Shown piece after piece: positions 15,230-25,236 of a stretch of DNA of 64,000 nt. The notes beneath the pieces were generated by a model. That model saw only the letters and a program-made list of their open reading frames with translations, had not been told where the DNA came from and did no database searches. The position numbers were made by a program, and so were the translations under genes. Numbering within the stretch: position 1 is the first letter of the stretch; the number at the start of each line of letters is the position of its first letter. Source of the DNA: Patescibacteria group bacterium (GTDB taxonomy: Bacteria > Patescibacteriota > Minisyncoccia > Phycocordibacterales > DATDWN01); the NCBI GenBank assembly GCA_040384485.1, contig JAZKJH010000003.1, positions 71,556 through 135,555 of the forward strand, read 5' to 3'.

Positions 15230-16123
15230 TTATAAGTTCTGGGTGAACAAAATATCTTGTTGATAGTCATCAATACTGGAAAGCTTTGTAACCATATCCA
15301 GAGTTTTACCATCCTGTTTCCAGTCGTTATTTTTTGGCATTTTTCTGACGATTACATGAATAAAACGCAACAGGATTAATGTTTGAATATCCCTCATTAT
15401 TTCTTCCAAACTGCCTTCTTCTAGACCGTACCCGCGGAGAAAATGTGCAATATTTTCTTTACCAGTTTTCCATGTGTAAATTTCTGCCAACTCAGCGTAT
15501 GGAGCCCTGTTCCCTGTTGCAGTTTCCCAATCAATAACATGTATTGTTCCAGCTCCATCAATGATGACATTATTCTGAGAGAGGTTTCCATGACAAAGTG
15601 TTGGGAAAAACTTCCAGACATAGGTTTCTTCTAATCTTTTTTGAATTTTTTGTGACAACTCTTTTGAAAAAACTTCTCTTGTGACAAAGTAATCCCTGGC
15701 AAACAAACGAGTAACAAACTCTTTGTAATCTAATTGAATTTCTGGAGCGGGTATTTTATCTATAATATTTGCATATCTTCCGAGAGTAAACCAAATATTA
15801 GCCAGTTCTTGTGGTGCATCATTTCCTGGGACCCCTTCTACGTATTCTTGAAACGAGAAGGCGTACTCACCACACTGGTCTGTATCTAAAATTTTTGGAG
15901 TTGGAATTCCAGCGTCTCTAGCAACCAAGGCACACCACTTTTCCTTTTGATACGACTGAAGTGTTTCCTCACGATTACTCATCCTAAGAATCAAAGGGTT
16001 GTTGTTTATAACTACCTTAAATACCAAATTATTTTTACCTTTTCCTTTAATCTCATCAATCGAGCTTGGGATTACGCTATATACCTGTTCAACAATTTTC
16101 TTTACGAGTTCATCCATAATCAA
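15230..16123 (-). CDS. Phosphotransferase-family kinase (APH/choline-kinase-like)
   Basis: Catalytic loop LCHGNLSQNNVII and IHVIDWETA (Brenner HxDxxxxN / DWE motifs); nucleotide-binding lysine region NNLVFKVV. Confidence 0.75.
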   Translation of the reverse strand: MIMDELVKKIVEQVYSVIPSSIDEIKGKGKNNLVFKVVINNNPLILRMSNREETLQSYQKEKWCALVARDAGIPTPKILDTDQCGEYAFSFQEYVEGVPGNDAPQELANIWFTLGRYANIIDKIPAPEIQLDYKEFVTRLFARDYFVTREVFSKELSQKIQKRLEETYVWKFFPTLCHGNLSQNNVIIDGAGTIHVIDWETATGNRAPYAELAEIYTWKTGKENIAHFLRGYGLEEGSLEEIMRDIQTLILLRFIHVIVRKMPKNNDWKQDGKTLDMVTKLSSIDDYQQDILFTQNL

Positions 16124-16335
16124 AGTATAGCAAGGGAAAATGGAAAAATCTCAAGGATTTAGCCCGGTAGGAATCTTTCATTACATGAACAGTACACTAG
16201 CTCAGTCTCATTAGGTAAAACCTGGGCGCACTTGTGTCTTGGATAATACTGTTTTAGTCAAAACTGTATTTCCTCCGGCCCAGACCTCGACCGTTTTGTT
16301 TGGTAACAAAACATGTCTCCGGTCCGCACCAGTAT

Positions 16336-16366
16336 CAAAAAATCCCAAACTGATGGGATTTTTTGT
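16336..16366. terminator. Bidirectional terminator downstream of tRNA-Lys
   Basis: aaaaa-aatccca-aactga-tgggatt-ttttt. Confidence 0.65.
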
Positions 16367-16367
16367 C

Positions 16368-16443
16368 TGGTGCGCCCGGTAGGAATCGAACCTACGACCA
16401 TCTCCTTAAAAGGGAGCTGCTCTACCGACTGAGCTACGGGCGC
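16368..16443 (-). tRNA. tRNA-Lys (anticodon TTT), CCA encoded
   Basis: Reverse complement GCGCCCGTAGCTCAGTCGGTAGAGCAGCTCCCTTTTAAGGAGATGGTCGTAGGTTCGATTCCTACCGGGCGCACCA; anticodon loop CTTTTAA. Confidence 0.85.
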
Positions 16444-16496
16444 ATATTTAGAACGGTAATTCAAAATATATCAGAAAAATACAAAAAGTCCAACTC

Positions 16497-17207
16497 CTAT
16501 CTCTCTAAAATCCACTTCTCCAGCATTACTTCCATATCCCCCGCTCCCGTTCTAACTTTGTGTGTCATGTTTACCAAATCAGCTGACATATTCTGAAGCT
16601 CTTCTGTTTTATATTTCCTGCTACCTCTCAAAGCATTTTTATACGGAAATGGCGCCAGTCCTGTTTCTGTCTGACTTGAGGAGCGACTTGCTAGAATCAT
16701 GTTTTTCACCTGCCAGAAAAATATTCCGTGGATTTCCTCTGGCTCTATACCCATAGACAAAGCTTTTAAATAAGAAACCCAGAGCTCTTTTTTGTCTCTT
16801 TCCAGAATTCCGTCTGTTACAAAAAAGGGGTTTATGTTTTGCTTCTTTTCTGTTTTTTCGAACTTCTGTACTTTTTCACTATACTTCTCAAACTTCTTAA
16901 CTGTATCTGCTGTAGCCCCACCTTCCAAAACTAAAAATATTTGTTCTGATTTTTGAAAGCTTTCCAGCATGCCAAGAACAACCTCTTTTAATTCCTTATT
17001 CTCAAAAACATTATCTAAAACCACTGTATATTTCTTTTCGAACAATCCCTGAGAGTTAGCTAATTCTTGTAAGGTTACTTCATTACAGTTCTCTGAAGTT
17101 AGTTTAAACAGTTCTGCAGATGGTCTCTTTTTCTCAGCTAAAAGTAAAAGCTCGTGGAGCTTTTCTCTGGACTTGTGTGTATCTGTACCGTAAAGAAAAT
17201 AAATCAT
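16497..17207 (-). CDS. holA: DNA polymerase III delta subunit-like (HolA)
   Basis: MIYFLYGTDTHKSREKLHELL... N-terminal pattern and length (~236 aa) typical of reduced HolA; start chosen at MIYF (track ORF extends to 17273 and overlaps polA). Confidence 0.5.
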   Translation of the reverse strand: MIYFLYGTDTHKSREKLHELLLLAEKKRPSAELFKLTSENCNEVTLQELANSQGLFEKKYTVVLDNVFENKELKEVVLGMLESFQKSEQIFLVLEGGATADTVKKFEKYSEKVQKFEKTEKKQNINPFFVTDGILERDKKELWVSYLKALSMGIEPEEIHGIFFWQVKNMILASRSSSQTETGLAPFPYKNALRGSRKYKTEELQNMSADLVNMTHKVRTGAGDMEVMLEKWILER

Positions 17208-17220
17208 TGAATTTAATGAG

Positions 17221-19575
17221 TTACACCTTAGTTTGTTCTGCCCAGTTATCCCCGACTGCAGCCTCTGCCACACACACTATCCCACTTATTTTCTTTGGAT
17301 CTATAATTCCTTCCATGATTTTTTTTACCTCAGGAACAATACTGTCTACCAAGTTTTCTTTTATCTCAAACACTAATTCATCATGTATCTGTAGAAGGAG
17401 TCTTGCATCATTAAGCAAGCCTTTGCTTACAAGAAACTTGTTCACTTCTATCATCGCCAGCTTTACTATATCTGCCTCAGTTCCTTGTATCGGCGCGTTT
17501 ACCGCCATTCTTTCAGCCTGGGCTTTCATAAAAGGGAGTCTTGAGTTTATGTCTGGGAAGTATCTTCTTCTGCCAAAAAATGTTTCGGTATAACCTTTTT
17601 GGGAAGTTTCTCTCTTTATTTTTTCCAGGTACTCCGCTAATCCAGAAAATGATTTGAAGTATTCATCTAAAAAAGTTTGAGCTTCTTCTCTGTTTGTCCC
17701 AATATTTTTCTGGAGAGCTGTGACCCCCATACCATACATAACGCCGAAGTTTATCACCTTGGCACGACTTCGCATTTCTTTAGTAACATCTTTGGCTTCT
17801 ACCCCGAACACTTCTCTGGCAACCGCTGTGTGAATATCCTCACCTTTTTTAAAAATATCTATCATCTTTTCATCCCCTGACAGAAAAGCTGCTATTCGTA
17901 GTTCTATTTGAGAATAGTCAAAAGAAACTAGCTTCCACCCTTTCTCAGCCACAAAAGACTTCCTAATTTCCCTACCTAATTCTGTCTTGTTTGGAATATT
18001 TTGCAGGTTTGGATTTTCACACCCCATTCTTCCTGTAGTTGTCCCTGTCTGCAAAAAGTCGGCATGTAGACGGTTATCTGTGTCCACCTGAGTAGGAATA
18101 GTATCTATATATGTACCCAAAAGCTTGGCCAGTTCTCTGTAATCCAAAACAAGTCCCGTCACGGGATGCTCATCCTTTAGTTTTTCTAGTTCTGATTCTT
18201 TTGTGGAAAATCCTCCACTCGCTGTTTTCTTTTGGTTTTTTGGTTTGAGTCCCATCTTTACAAACAGCATTTCTCCGAGTTGTTTAGGTGATGCAACATT
18301 GAACTCCTCCCCCACTATCTTCCAGATTTTCTTTTCTATCACTGTTAGTTCTTTATGATAGTCTTTGGAAAGTTTCAGCAGTCTTTCTTTATCTATTTTT
18401 ACACCAAACTCCTTCATTTTTTTAACAATCGGTATGAGTGGCATTTCTATTTCATCTACCACAAAAGACAGGTTCTGATCTCTGATTGTTTTTTCTAAGA
18501 CCTTCTTTGCATCCTCTAGAGTATGAGTTCTGGTGTAGGCCAAGATATCGTCCAGACTTGGGTTAGTTTTGTTAGAATCAATAACCCACAACAAAATGCC
18601 GGTTTTAAAAACTTCTTCTGGATCCTCGTCAAACAATACACTCTGGGGTATCTCGATAGAAAGCACTTCTCTAAACTTATTTGCTAAGGACCTAAACTCA
18701 AACTCCAAAAATAAGTCTTCAACTTTTTTCATATCTATTGCTTCTGTAAAGTTTTTTTCTGGAACAGAGAAATGTATAGGGGCGTCTCGCCTGATAGTTG
18801 CGAGCATTTTGGAAAACATTGCTTCTTCCTCCCCTTCTTTTAGGAGCTCTATAATTCTTTTTTTAATACCTGCCTTTAGAAAACTCTCTTCATCCTTTTT
18901 TAATTTTTTGTATATGTTTTCAATAGAACCAAAATTTACAATAAGCTCCTCTGCAGTCTTCTCTCCTATACCTTTAATTCCAATAATGTTGTCCGAAGGG
19001 TCACCTCGCAAACCTTTGTAGTCCGGCAAAAGTTCTGGTCCGAATTTAAATCTTTCTAACACAGCTTGCTCGTCGTAAATAATTGTATCCTTAATACCTT
19101 TTTTCAGAGTATAAACTCGAACCTTGGTGCCATCAATAAGCTGCATGGTATCCATATCTCCCGAGGCAATAACAACGTCTATATTTTTATCTGATTTTAA
19201 ATTATCTACGATAGTTCCCAACATATCATCTGCTTCAAAACCAGGAGAAGAATACATTGGAATATTTAGACCAGAAAAAACATCTTTAGAACGTTCAAGT
19301 TGAGTTATAAGAGCGCTGTCTATTTCCTTTCTACCAGCTTTATATGCCCCATATGCTTCGTGGCGCAGTGTTGGTTCAGGTAAGTCGTAACACGCAACAA
19401 TATAGTCAGGATGAACATCTTTTATGAGCTTTATGAGCATGGTACACAAGCCGTACAGAGCGCCTGTTGGCTCACCTTTACTTGAAGCGAACTCAGGAAG
19501 TGCATGATATGCCCTGTGCAAAATCGCATGAACGTCGAGAAGAGCTAAGGTTTTTTTGTTATTATTTTTTTTCAT
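17221..19575 (-). CDS. polA: DNA polymerase I (5'-3' exonuclease + polymerase domains; 3'-5' exonuclease region reduced)
   Basis: N-terminal 5' nuclease (LALLDVHAILHRAYHALP), polymerase motifs RSRAKVINFGVMYGMG and LLLQIHDELVFE; 784 aa. Confidence 0.9.
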   Translation of the reverse strand: MKKNNNKKTLALLDVHAILHRAYHALPEFASSKGEPTGALYGLCTMLIKLIKDVHPDYIVACYDLPEPTLRHEAYGAYKAGRKEIDSALITQLERSKDVFSGLNIPMYSSPGFEADDMLGTIVDNLKSDKNIDVVIASGDMDTMQLIDGTKVRVYTLKKGIKDTIIYDEQAVLERFKFGPELLPDYKGLRGDPSDNIIGIKGIGEKTAEELIVNFGSIENIYKKLKKDEESFLKAGIKKRIIELLKEGEEEAMFSKMLATIRRDAPIHFSVPEKNFTEAIDMKKVEDLFLEFEFRSLANKFREVLSIEIPQSVLFDEDPEEVFKTGILLWVIDSNKTNPSLDDILAYTRTHTLEDAKKVLEKTIRDQNLSFVVDEIEMPLIPIVKKMKEFGVKIDKERLLKLSKDYHKELTVIEKKIWKIVGEEFNVASPKQLGEMLFVKMGLKPKNQKKTASGGFSTKESELEKLKDEHPVTGLVLDYRELAKLLGTYIDTIPTQVDTDNRLHADFLQTGTTTGRMGCENPNLQNIPNKTELGREIRKSFVAEKGWKLVSFDYSQIELRIAAFLSGDEKMIDIFKKGEDIHTAVAREVFGVEAKDVTKEMRSRAKVINFGVMYGMGVTALQKNIGTNREEAQTFLDEYFKSFSGLAEYLEKIKRETSQKGYTETFFGRRRYFPDINSRLPFMKAQAERMAVNAPIQGTEADIVKLAMIEVNKFLVSKGLLNDARLLLQIHDELVFEIKENLVDSIVPEVKKIMEGIIDPKKISGIVCVAEAAVGDNWAEQTKV

Positions 19576-20015
19576 TATATTGAAAGTATCTCGATATTTC
19601 GTGAATCCTCGGAATCACCCGCTTGGATACGCACCTGTATATGTTCAGGCATAGCGTCAAGCACTATCTCTGGCCATTCTATAAGAATTAAATTATTTTT
19701 GTCTTTCAAGATTTCATTCCAGCCCAGATGTAATAGCTCTCCCGAATCTTTCAAACGATAGGCATCTATATGAATCAGATGTGTAAATTTTTGCTTTTCT
19801 AGTTCGTATATTTTTTCAATAACAAAAGTTGGGCTGGTGATGGTTTCATAAATTCCCAACACACTTGCTACGTATTTGGTAAATGCTGTTTTGCCGGCCC
19901 CAAGGTTTCCATATAGTCCCACTACAGTGGCAGTGCTTTCTTTCGGAACAAGAGAATTAACGAAGCTTTCTGCAACCTTTCTTGTTTCTTCTAGATTTTT
20001 AGCCTGGTATTGCAT
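19575..20015 (-). CDS. tsaE: tRNA threonylcarbamoyladenosine biosynthesis ATPase TsaE (YjeE)
   Basis: 146 aa; Walker A GNLGAGKTAFTK, SPTF motif, IHIDAYRL. Confidence 0.8.
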   Translation of the reverse strand: MQYQAKNLEETRKVAESFVNSLVPKESTATVVGLYGNLGAGKTAFTKYVASVLGIYETITSPTFVIEKIYELEKQKFTHLIHIDAYRLKDSGELLHLGWNEILKDKNNLILIEWPEIVLDAMPEHIQVRIQAGDSEDSRNIEILSI

Positions 20016-20085
20016 AAGCAGATTTTAACATATTTTAGGTAAGAAAAATGGCCGAGGGATTGTATCCCCCGACCGGTATAAATCT

Positions 20086-20430
20086 CTATCTCAGTCTGCC
20101 ACTAAACCCTCGAATGGACCAGGATTGATTCCTGTATCCATATCTCCCAGAACGGCGGGCGTAAAACTCGTTCTCTGTGAAGCCCGCAAGCTTCCCAGAT
20201 TTGAAGACCTTACAGGAAAGCAACATGTTCTGCCGCCCTGACCAGAAATGTATCCTGGCATCCTTTCCACTCTGAAGAGGGCCTACTTCCTCTCCGTTTC
20301 GAAACAAAACGCAGTCTTGTTGGGTATTGTTGGAAACCAACACATAACCAGCCGAAACGGCGAGTTGCATTGTGGCGCAGGCATTAGTGCTGGCCACAAT
20401 CACCACACTCAAAATGAGTTTTTTCATCAA
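20086..20430 (-). CDS. Small secreted hypothetical protein (signal peptide, 3 Cys), GC-richer than neighbours
   Basis: MMKKLILSVVIVASTNACA signal-like N-terminus; 114 aa. Confidence 0.4.
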   Translation of the reverse strand: MMKKLILSVVIVASTNACATMQLAVSAGYVLVSNNTQQDCVLFRNGEEVGPLQSGKDARIHFWSGRQNMLLSCKVFKSGKLAGFTENEFYARRSGRYGYRNQSWSIRGFSGRLR

Positions 20431-20495
20431 TTCACCTCTGTTTATATTATACTTCTATATAGCTTAGTTGTCAAATATGTTCAAAAGAAAGCTTA

Positions 20496-22202
20496 TTGCA
20501 GCGGCTGTTGTGTTATTATTATTGCTATATGATCATTTTTGATGAAGAGAATCAGCAGAAAAAAATTGGTGAGCTTCGAAAACGAGAAGAGGAAGAGCTC
20601 GCTCAAACACTTTCTGGAAAATATGGCCTCCCCTATCTCGACCTAACCTCTGTTCCTATCAACATTGACGCACTTCGAGTTATTGGTGAGATAGAAGCAC
20701 GAGAGTCTCAACTCGCTGTATTCAACGAAATAAACAAAATACTTAGCATTGGTGTTCTGTCTCCGAACAATCCAAAAACCTTGGAGTCTCTCAACAAAAT
20801 GAAAGAGAGTGGTTATGAAATAGAGCTTTTTATGGTTTCTCATTTAAGTTTAAATAAAGTATGGGACCGTTACAAAGACTTGTCTTACTCTTTTGAAACA
20901 AAGTCTGGAGCATTGGATATTTCAAACGAGCAGATAACTGAGTTTTTGTCCCAAGTTCAAGCCATTCCTGATGTGCAAAAACTTATTGGTGATGTTTTGC
21001 ATATGAAAAAAAGTTATAGAATCTCACGAATCATGGAAATTATACTGGCTGGAGCTATGGCAACAGGTTCTTCGGATATCCACCTTGAACCGGAAGAAGA
21101 TTATGTTCGTCTGAGATACCGTTTAGATGGAATACTGACTGAGATTCTACAGTTTGACTTGGAGACATATAAACTCCTTTTGTCACGTCTAAAACTTATT
21201 TCAAACATGAAACTAAACGTCACTGGTGCCCAAGACGGAAGGTTTAGTATCAAAGTAAAAGATGATGAAATAGAAATAAGAAGTTCTATTCTTCCTGGTG
21301 CTTATAGTGAGTCAGTAGTTCTGAGAGTACTTAACCCAAACTCAATCTCTGTTCCCTTAGAAGAACTAGGAATTCATCCAAAATTACTAGAGAAAATATT
21401 TCGAGAAATCCGAAAGCCGAATGGAATGATACTTATTACTGGACCTACGGGAAGTGGTAAAACAACCACCCTGTATGCCTTCTTGAAAAAAATACACACT
21501 CCGGAAGTAAAAATAATTACAATAGAAAACCCTATTGAGTACCACCTTCCTGGTGTTGTACAAACCCAGACCGACGACAAAAAAGGTTATGGCTTTGCCG
21601 AAGGATTGCGAAGTGCTCTAAGACAGGACCCAGACATAATCATGGTGGGAGAGATTAGAGACGGCGAGACTGCTGAGATAGCGATAAACTCTGCGCTTAC
21701 TGGGCACTTGGTGTTCTCTACCCTACACACCAACAATGCAGCTGGAACATTTCCACGACTAATAGACCTTGGAATAAATTCCAAAGTTCTTTCTTCGTCT
21801 ATAAACATGGCGATGGCTCAGAGACTTGTTAGAAAACTTTGCTCAGTCTGTAAAAAAGAAGTGTTGATTGAAGAAAAAGATAAAGAAATAGTTTCAGCTA
21901 TAGCTGGAACAATAGTAGATAAAACTTATCTAGAAGGAATTAGTTTAGATAAAATGTTTGTAGGAGTAGGATGTGAAAAATGTAACATGACCGGGTACAA
22001 AGGTAGGCTTGGAGTTCACGAGGCTATTCTGATGGATGAAAACATAGAAAACATTGTAAAAGACAACCCAAGTGAACGTGAGATACGACAAGCCTCCCTA
22101 TCTCAAAACTTGTTGGATTTAGCCCAAGACGGAATTGTAAAAGTTCTACAAGGAAAAACAACCTTGAGTGAGCTTGGAAGAATCATAGATATTGAAAAAT
22201 AG
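20496..22202 (+). CDS. pilB: Type IV pilus assembly / type II secretion ATPase (PilB/GspE family)
   Basis: Walker A ILITGPTGSGKTTTLYAFL, Asp box, Walker B IIMVGEIRD, His box, C-terminal Cys4 (CSVCKK...CEKCN); alternative ATG at 20529. Confidence 0.85.
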   Translation: MQRLLCYYYCYMIIFDEENQQKKIGELRKREEEELAQTLSGKYGLPYLDLTSVPINIDALRVIGEIEARESQLAVFNEINKILSIGVLSPNNPKTLESLNKMKESGYEIELFMVSHLSLNKVWDRYKDLSYSFETKSGALDISNEQITEFLSQVQAIPDVQKLIGDVLHMKKSYRISRIMEIILAGAMATGSSDIHLEPEEDYVRLRYRLDGILTEILQFDLETYKLLLSRLKLISNMKLNVTGAQDGRFSIKVKDDEIEIRSSILPGAYSESVVLRVLNPNSISVPLEELGIHPKLLEKIFREIRKPNGMILITGPTGSGKTTTLYAFLKKIHTPEVKIITIENPIEYHLPGVVQTQTDDKKGYGFAEGLRSALRQDPDIIMVGEIRDGETAEIAINSALTGHLVFSTLHTNNAAGTFPRLIDLGINSKVLSSSINMAMAQRLVRKLCSVCKKEVLIEEKDKEIVSAIAGTIVDKTYLEGISLDKMFVGVGCEKCNMTGYKGRLGVHEAILMDENIENIVKDNPSEREIRQASLSQNLLDLAQDGIVKVLQGKTTLSELGRIIDIEK

Positions 22203-22610
22203 AGTTTTTAAAAAATCAAGGTAAAACTTATTTGCCACACCTTTTTCCTTAGGTTGTAGTGGAAAAATCTCTTGCCTAATCTAGCCCTATATGAATAATT
22301 AGTAGTAGGAGTCTGATGGAGACTCTGGAGAATACAAAAGCTCCAAACCATAAATCTCTAAGCAACACTTTTAATATTGATACCAAAAGCTAAGTGTTTG
22401 ACAAAGGATAATTCCAGAGTATTACACAAGGTAATATCCAGAATGTCCTCGTGGAAAGACTCTTAAACACCGGAATGTTTAGTTGCTTAGAGATTTATTT
22501 TTTGGAGCCCGTAAGAAGATCGTAGAAACAAAAAAGGCTCGTCTTTTGAGAACAGTAGCCATTCGAATATCAGCTTAGCACGAAAGATTTTTTCTGTCAA
22601 CCCCCTCCCC

Positions 22611-22663
22611 TTTGACACATTTGCCTCCAAAATACCTATTATTTTTTGTGATATAATTTTCAT
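22611..22663 (+). promoter_or_regulatory. Promoter for ruvB producing a leaderless or near-leaderless mRNA
   Basis: TTTGACA ... TGtgATATAAT with only ~6 nt between the -10 and ATG 22664; no SD. Confidence 0.4.
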
Positions 22664-23668
22664 ATGATGAAGAAAAATACTGAGGAATCCGTGAGTCCTG
22701 ACAATTTGTTTTTAGACACAACTTTGCGTCCCTCCAAATGGGACGATTATGTGGGTCAAACAAACATAAAGAAAAACCTCCACATCCTACTCACTGCTGC
22801 AAAAGAGCGAGAGCACCCTCCTGAGCACATTTTGTTCTACGGTCCTCCAGGTTTGGGAAAAACCACCCTGGCCCATCTGGTGGCAAAAGAGCTAAATGCC
22901 CAAATGAAAGTCACTAGTGGACCTGCTATAGAAAAAGTAGGTGACCTTGCTTCCATACTTACTAACCTATCCCCTGGAGATATTTTGTTTATAGATGAGA
23001 TTCATAGGTTAAATAAATCGATTGAAGAGGTTCTCTATCCTGCCATGGAATCCGGTTCTTTAGATATCATCATAGGAAAAGGGCCGTCTGCCAGAACAAT
23101 TCAACTAGAACTTCCTCCCTTTACTCTGATTGGTGCTACCACTCGCATAGCCATGATCAGCTCCCCTCTTCGCTCAAGATTCTCAGGTGGAATTTTCAAG
23201 CTAGAGTTTTATACTAATGACGAAATAAAGAAAATAATCACTCGTTCAGCAAAAATACTGGGTATAGATTTGGAGGACAGTGCCAGTGAAGAAATAGCGA
23301 AGCGAAGCAGGTTCACCCCAAGAACTGCAAACTACTTTCTAAAAAGATGTAGGGACTTTGCCCAGGTCAACAAAACTGAGTTAACCAAAAAGTCTGTAGA
23401 CGAAGCTCTTAAAATGTTAGGTATTGACTCAGTAGGACTTTCTCCTTCTGACCGGGACTTGTTGCACACCATTATAAATAAATTCTCTGGTGGCCCTGTG
23501 GGACTCAACACACTAGGAGCAGCCATGTCTGAAGAGCAGGCCACGATAGAAGAGTTTAACGAGCCGTATTTAATACAACTTGGTTTCCTTGATCGAACTC
23601 CTCGCGGAAGGGTGGTCACATCTTCAGGTTACGAACATTTGGGTCTCACTCCCCCAACATTGCTTTAA
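22664..23668 (+). CDS. ruvB: Holliday junction branch migration helicase RuvB
   Basis: LRPSKWDDYVGQ...HILFYGPPGLGKTTLA Walker A, sensor motifs, winged-helix C-terminus. Confidence 0.9.
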   Translation: MMKKNTEESVSPDNLFLDTTLRPSKWDDYVGQTNIKKNLHILLTAAKEREHPPEHILFYGPPGLGKTTLAHLVAKELNAQMKVTSGPAIEKVGDLASILTNLSPGDILFIDEIHRLNKSIEEVLYPAMESGSLDIIIGKGPSARTIQLELPPFTLIGATTRIAMISSPLRSRFSGGIFKLEFYTNDEIKKIITRSAKILGIDLEDSASEEIAKRSRFTPRTANYFLKRCRDFAQVNKTELTKKSVDEALKMLGIDSVGLSPSDRDLLHTIINKFSGGPVGLNTLGAAMSEEQATIEEFNEPYLIQLGFLDRTPRGRVVTSSGYEHLGLTPPTLL

Positions 23669-23690
23669 TTATTAATTTTAAATCAACATC

Positions 23691-24221
23691 ATGGCAGGTC
23701 ATAACAAATGGTCAAAAATAAAAAGACAGAAAGAAAAAACTGACGGACAGAAAAGTAAAATCTATGGAAAATTTGTGCGCCTTATTTCTGCTGAAGCTAG
23801 AAGATGTGGAGGTGACATAACATCTCCTGGACTAAAAGCAGTTATAGATAGAGCAAAAGCCGCCAATGTCCCGGCAGACAATATAGAAAGAGCAGTGAAA
23901 AAGTTTGCCGATGGAGGTGCTGAAATGGAATCTATTGTGTATGAAGCATATGGACCAGGTGGTTGCGCTATGGTTATCGAAACACTGACTGACAGTAGAA
24001 ATAGAGTATCGAATGAAATAAAACACATCCTGTCCCTCCATGGTTTCAGTTTGGCTGGCATTGGTTCTGCAACGTGGGCTTTTACTCATAACCCAGGAGA
24101 AGAATGGATTCCCACAATGACTGTTCCTTTGTCAGATGAGGATGCAGAAAAACTTGGAAAGTTGATTGATGATTTGGAAGAAAACGACGACGTGCAGGAT
24201 GTTTATACTAACGCAGAATAA
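23691..24221 (+). CDS. YebC/PmpR-family DNA-binding regulator (short form)
   Basis: MAGHNKWSKIKRQK... hallmark N-terminus of the YebC family; 176 aa (shorter than typical ~245). Confidence 0.75.
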   Translation: MAGHNKWSKIKRQKEKTDGQKSKIYGKFVRLISAEARRCGGDITSPGLKAVIDRAKAANVPADNIERAVKKFADGGAEMESIVYEAYGPGGCAMVIETLTDSRNRVSNEIKHILSLHGFSLAGIGSATWAFTHNPGEEWIPTMTVPLSDEDAEKLGKLIDDLEENDDVQDVYTNAE

Positions 24222-24222
24222 T

Positions 24223-24528
24223 ATGAAAAAATTTACCGTCATAATCAGTGTGCTGATAATCCTTTTACTGGGCGGTTACTATTTTTACCAATCGGCAGCC
24301 AAAGAAATATCTGAGTACCACTGGACGTTTTGTGAAAATGGTTATAGTACATACTACAAAGGTGTAGTAGATGGTGGAAGTACCTCATATGATTTGGATG
24401 GGAAAGAGTTAGGATCATGCACTTTTTGGACAGAAATTGAAGGTGGAAAGTGTCCGAATATTGGTAGTAAATGTAAAACAGAGACTAGTGTTTATAAAAT
24501 TTTTCTTAAAACTAAGCTTAATTTTTAA
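24223..24528 (+). CDS. Small secreted Cys-containing hypothetical protein
   Basis: ATG 1 nt after yebC stop; MKKFTVIISVLIILLLGGYYF signal/anchor, 4 Cys. Confidence 0.45.
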   Translation: MKKFTVIISVLIILLLGGYYFYQSAAKEISEYHWTFCENGYSTYYKGVVDGGSTSYDLDGKELGSCTFWTEIEGGKCPNIGSKCKTETSVYKIFLKTKLNF

Positions 24529-24531
24529 CGC

Positions 24532-25236
24532 ATGAAAAAACCTATCATACTGTGTGCGCGCGCCTTAGTAGACAAAAGATTGGTCGTAAATGAAGCCTAT
24601 GCAAAAGCTATAGAGAACTCTGGTGGAATACTATTAATGCTTGCTAGTGAGGTTGAGGATTTTGAGTTAGATGATGTTCTGCAAAATGTAGATGGCTTGT
24701 TGCTTACAGGTGGAACAGATGTAAATCCGAGTCTATATGAAGAAGAAAAGAAAGAATACACTGGGGACTCTGACAACTACAGAGATATTGTCGAATCTAT
24801 GCTTATAGAAAAAGCTATTGAAAAAAAGATGCCTATTCTGGGAATATGTAGGGGTATGCAAATGCTAAATGTAAAACTAGGTGGAAGTTTATACCAAGAT
24901 ATTTTAAAAGAAATGCCTGGCTCCCTTCAGCACGACAGGCATCACGACGGACCACGCTCTATGCCAGCTCACAAAGTGACTGTAAAAGAAAATTCTCTTA
25001 TGCATTCTGTGCTGGGAACTACAGAGATAGAAGTAAATAGTCTGCACCACCAAGGTATAAAAACTTTGAGCCCTGAGCTGAAAGCTACTTGTGTTACGCC
25101 TGACGGTCTCGTGGAGGGAGCGGAAATGTCAGACTACCCTTTCTTGTTATGTATGCAGTGGCATCCTGAGGAACTTTTAGAAACTCCTGTTTGGAAAAAT
25201 ATATTTGATGCTTTTATAAATGCTTGTAAAAAATAA
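24532..25236 (+). CDS. Class I glutamine amidotransferase-like hydrolase (peptidase C26 / PuuD-like gamma-glutamyl hydrolase)
   Basis: Nucleophile elbow PILGICRGMQ; His-containing C-terminal motif HHQG; 234 aa. Confidence 0.75.
   Translation: MKKPIILCARALVDKRLVVNEAYAKAIENSGGILLMLASEVEDFELDDVLQNVDGLLLTGGTDVNPSLYEEEKKEYTGDSDNYRDIVESMLIEKAIEKKMPILGICRGMQMLNVKLGGSLYQDILKEMPGSLQHDRHHDGPRSMPAHKVTVKENSLMHSVLGTTEIEVNSLHHQGIKTLSPELKATCVTPDGLVEGAEMSDYPFLLCMQWHPEELLETPVWKNIFDAFINACKK

Noticed and set aside
17221-19575. Proofreading-deficient PolA as a special feature
   Set aside because: The polypeptide is short enough that the 3'-5' exonuclease domain is probably reduced. I cannot verify loss of the Exo I-III motifs by eye. 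This is common in reduced genomes and not notable without alignment.
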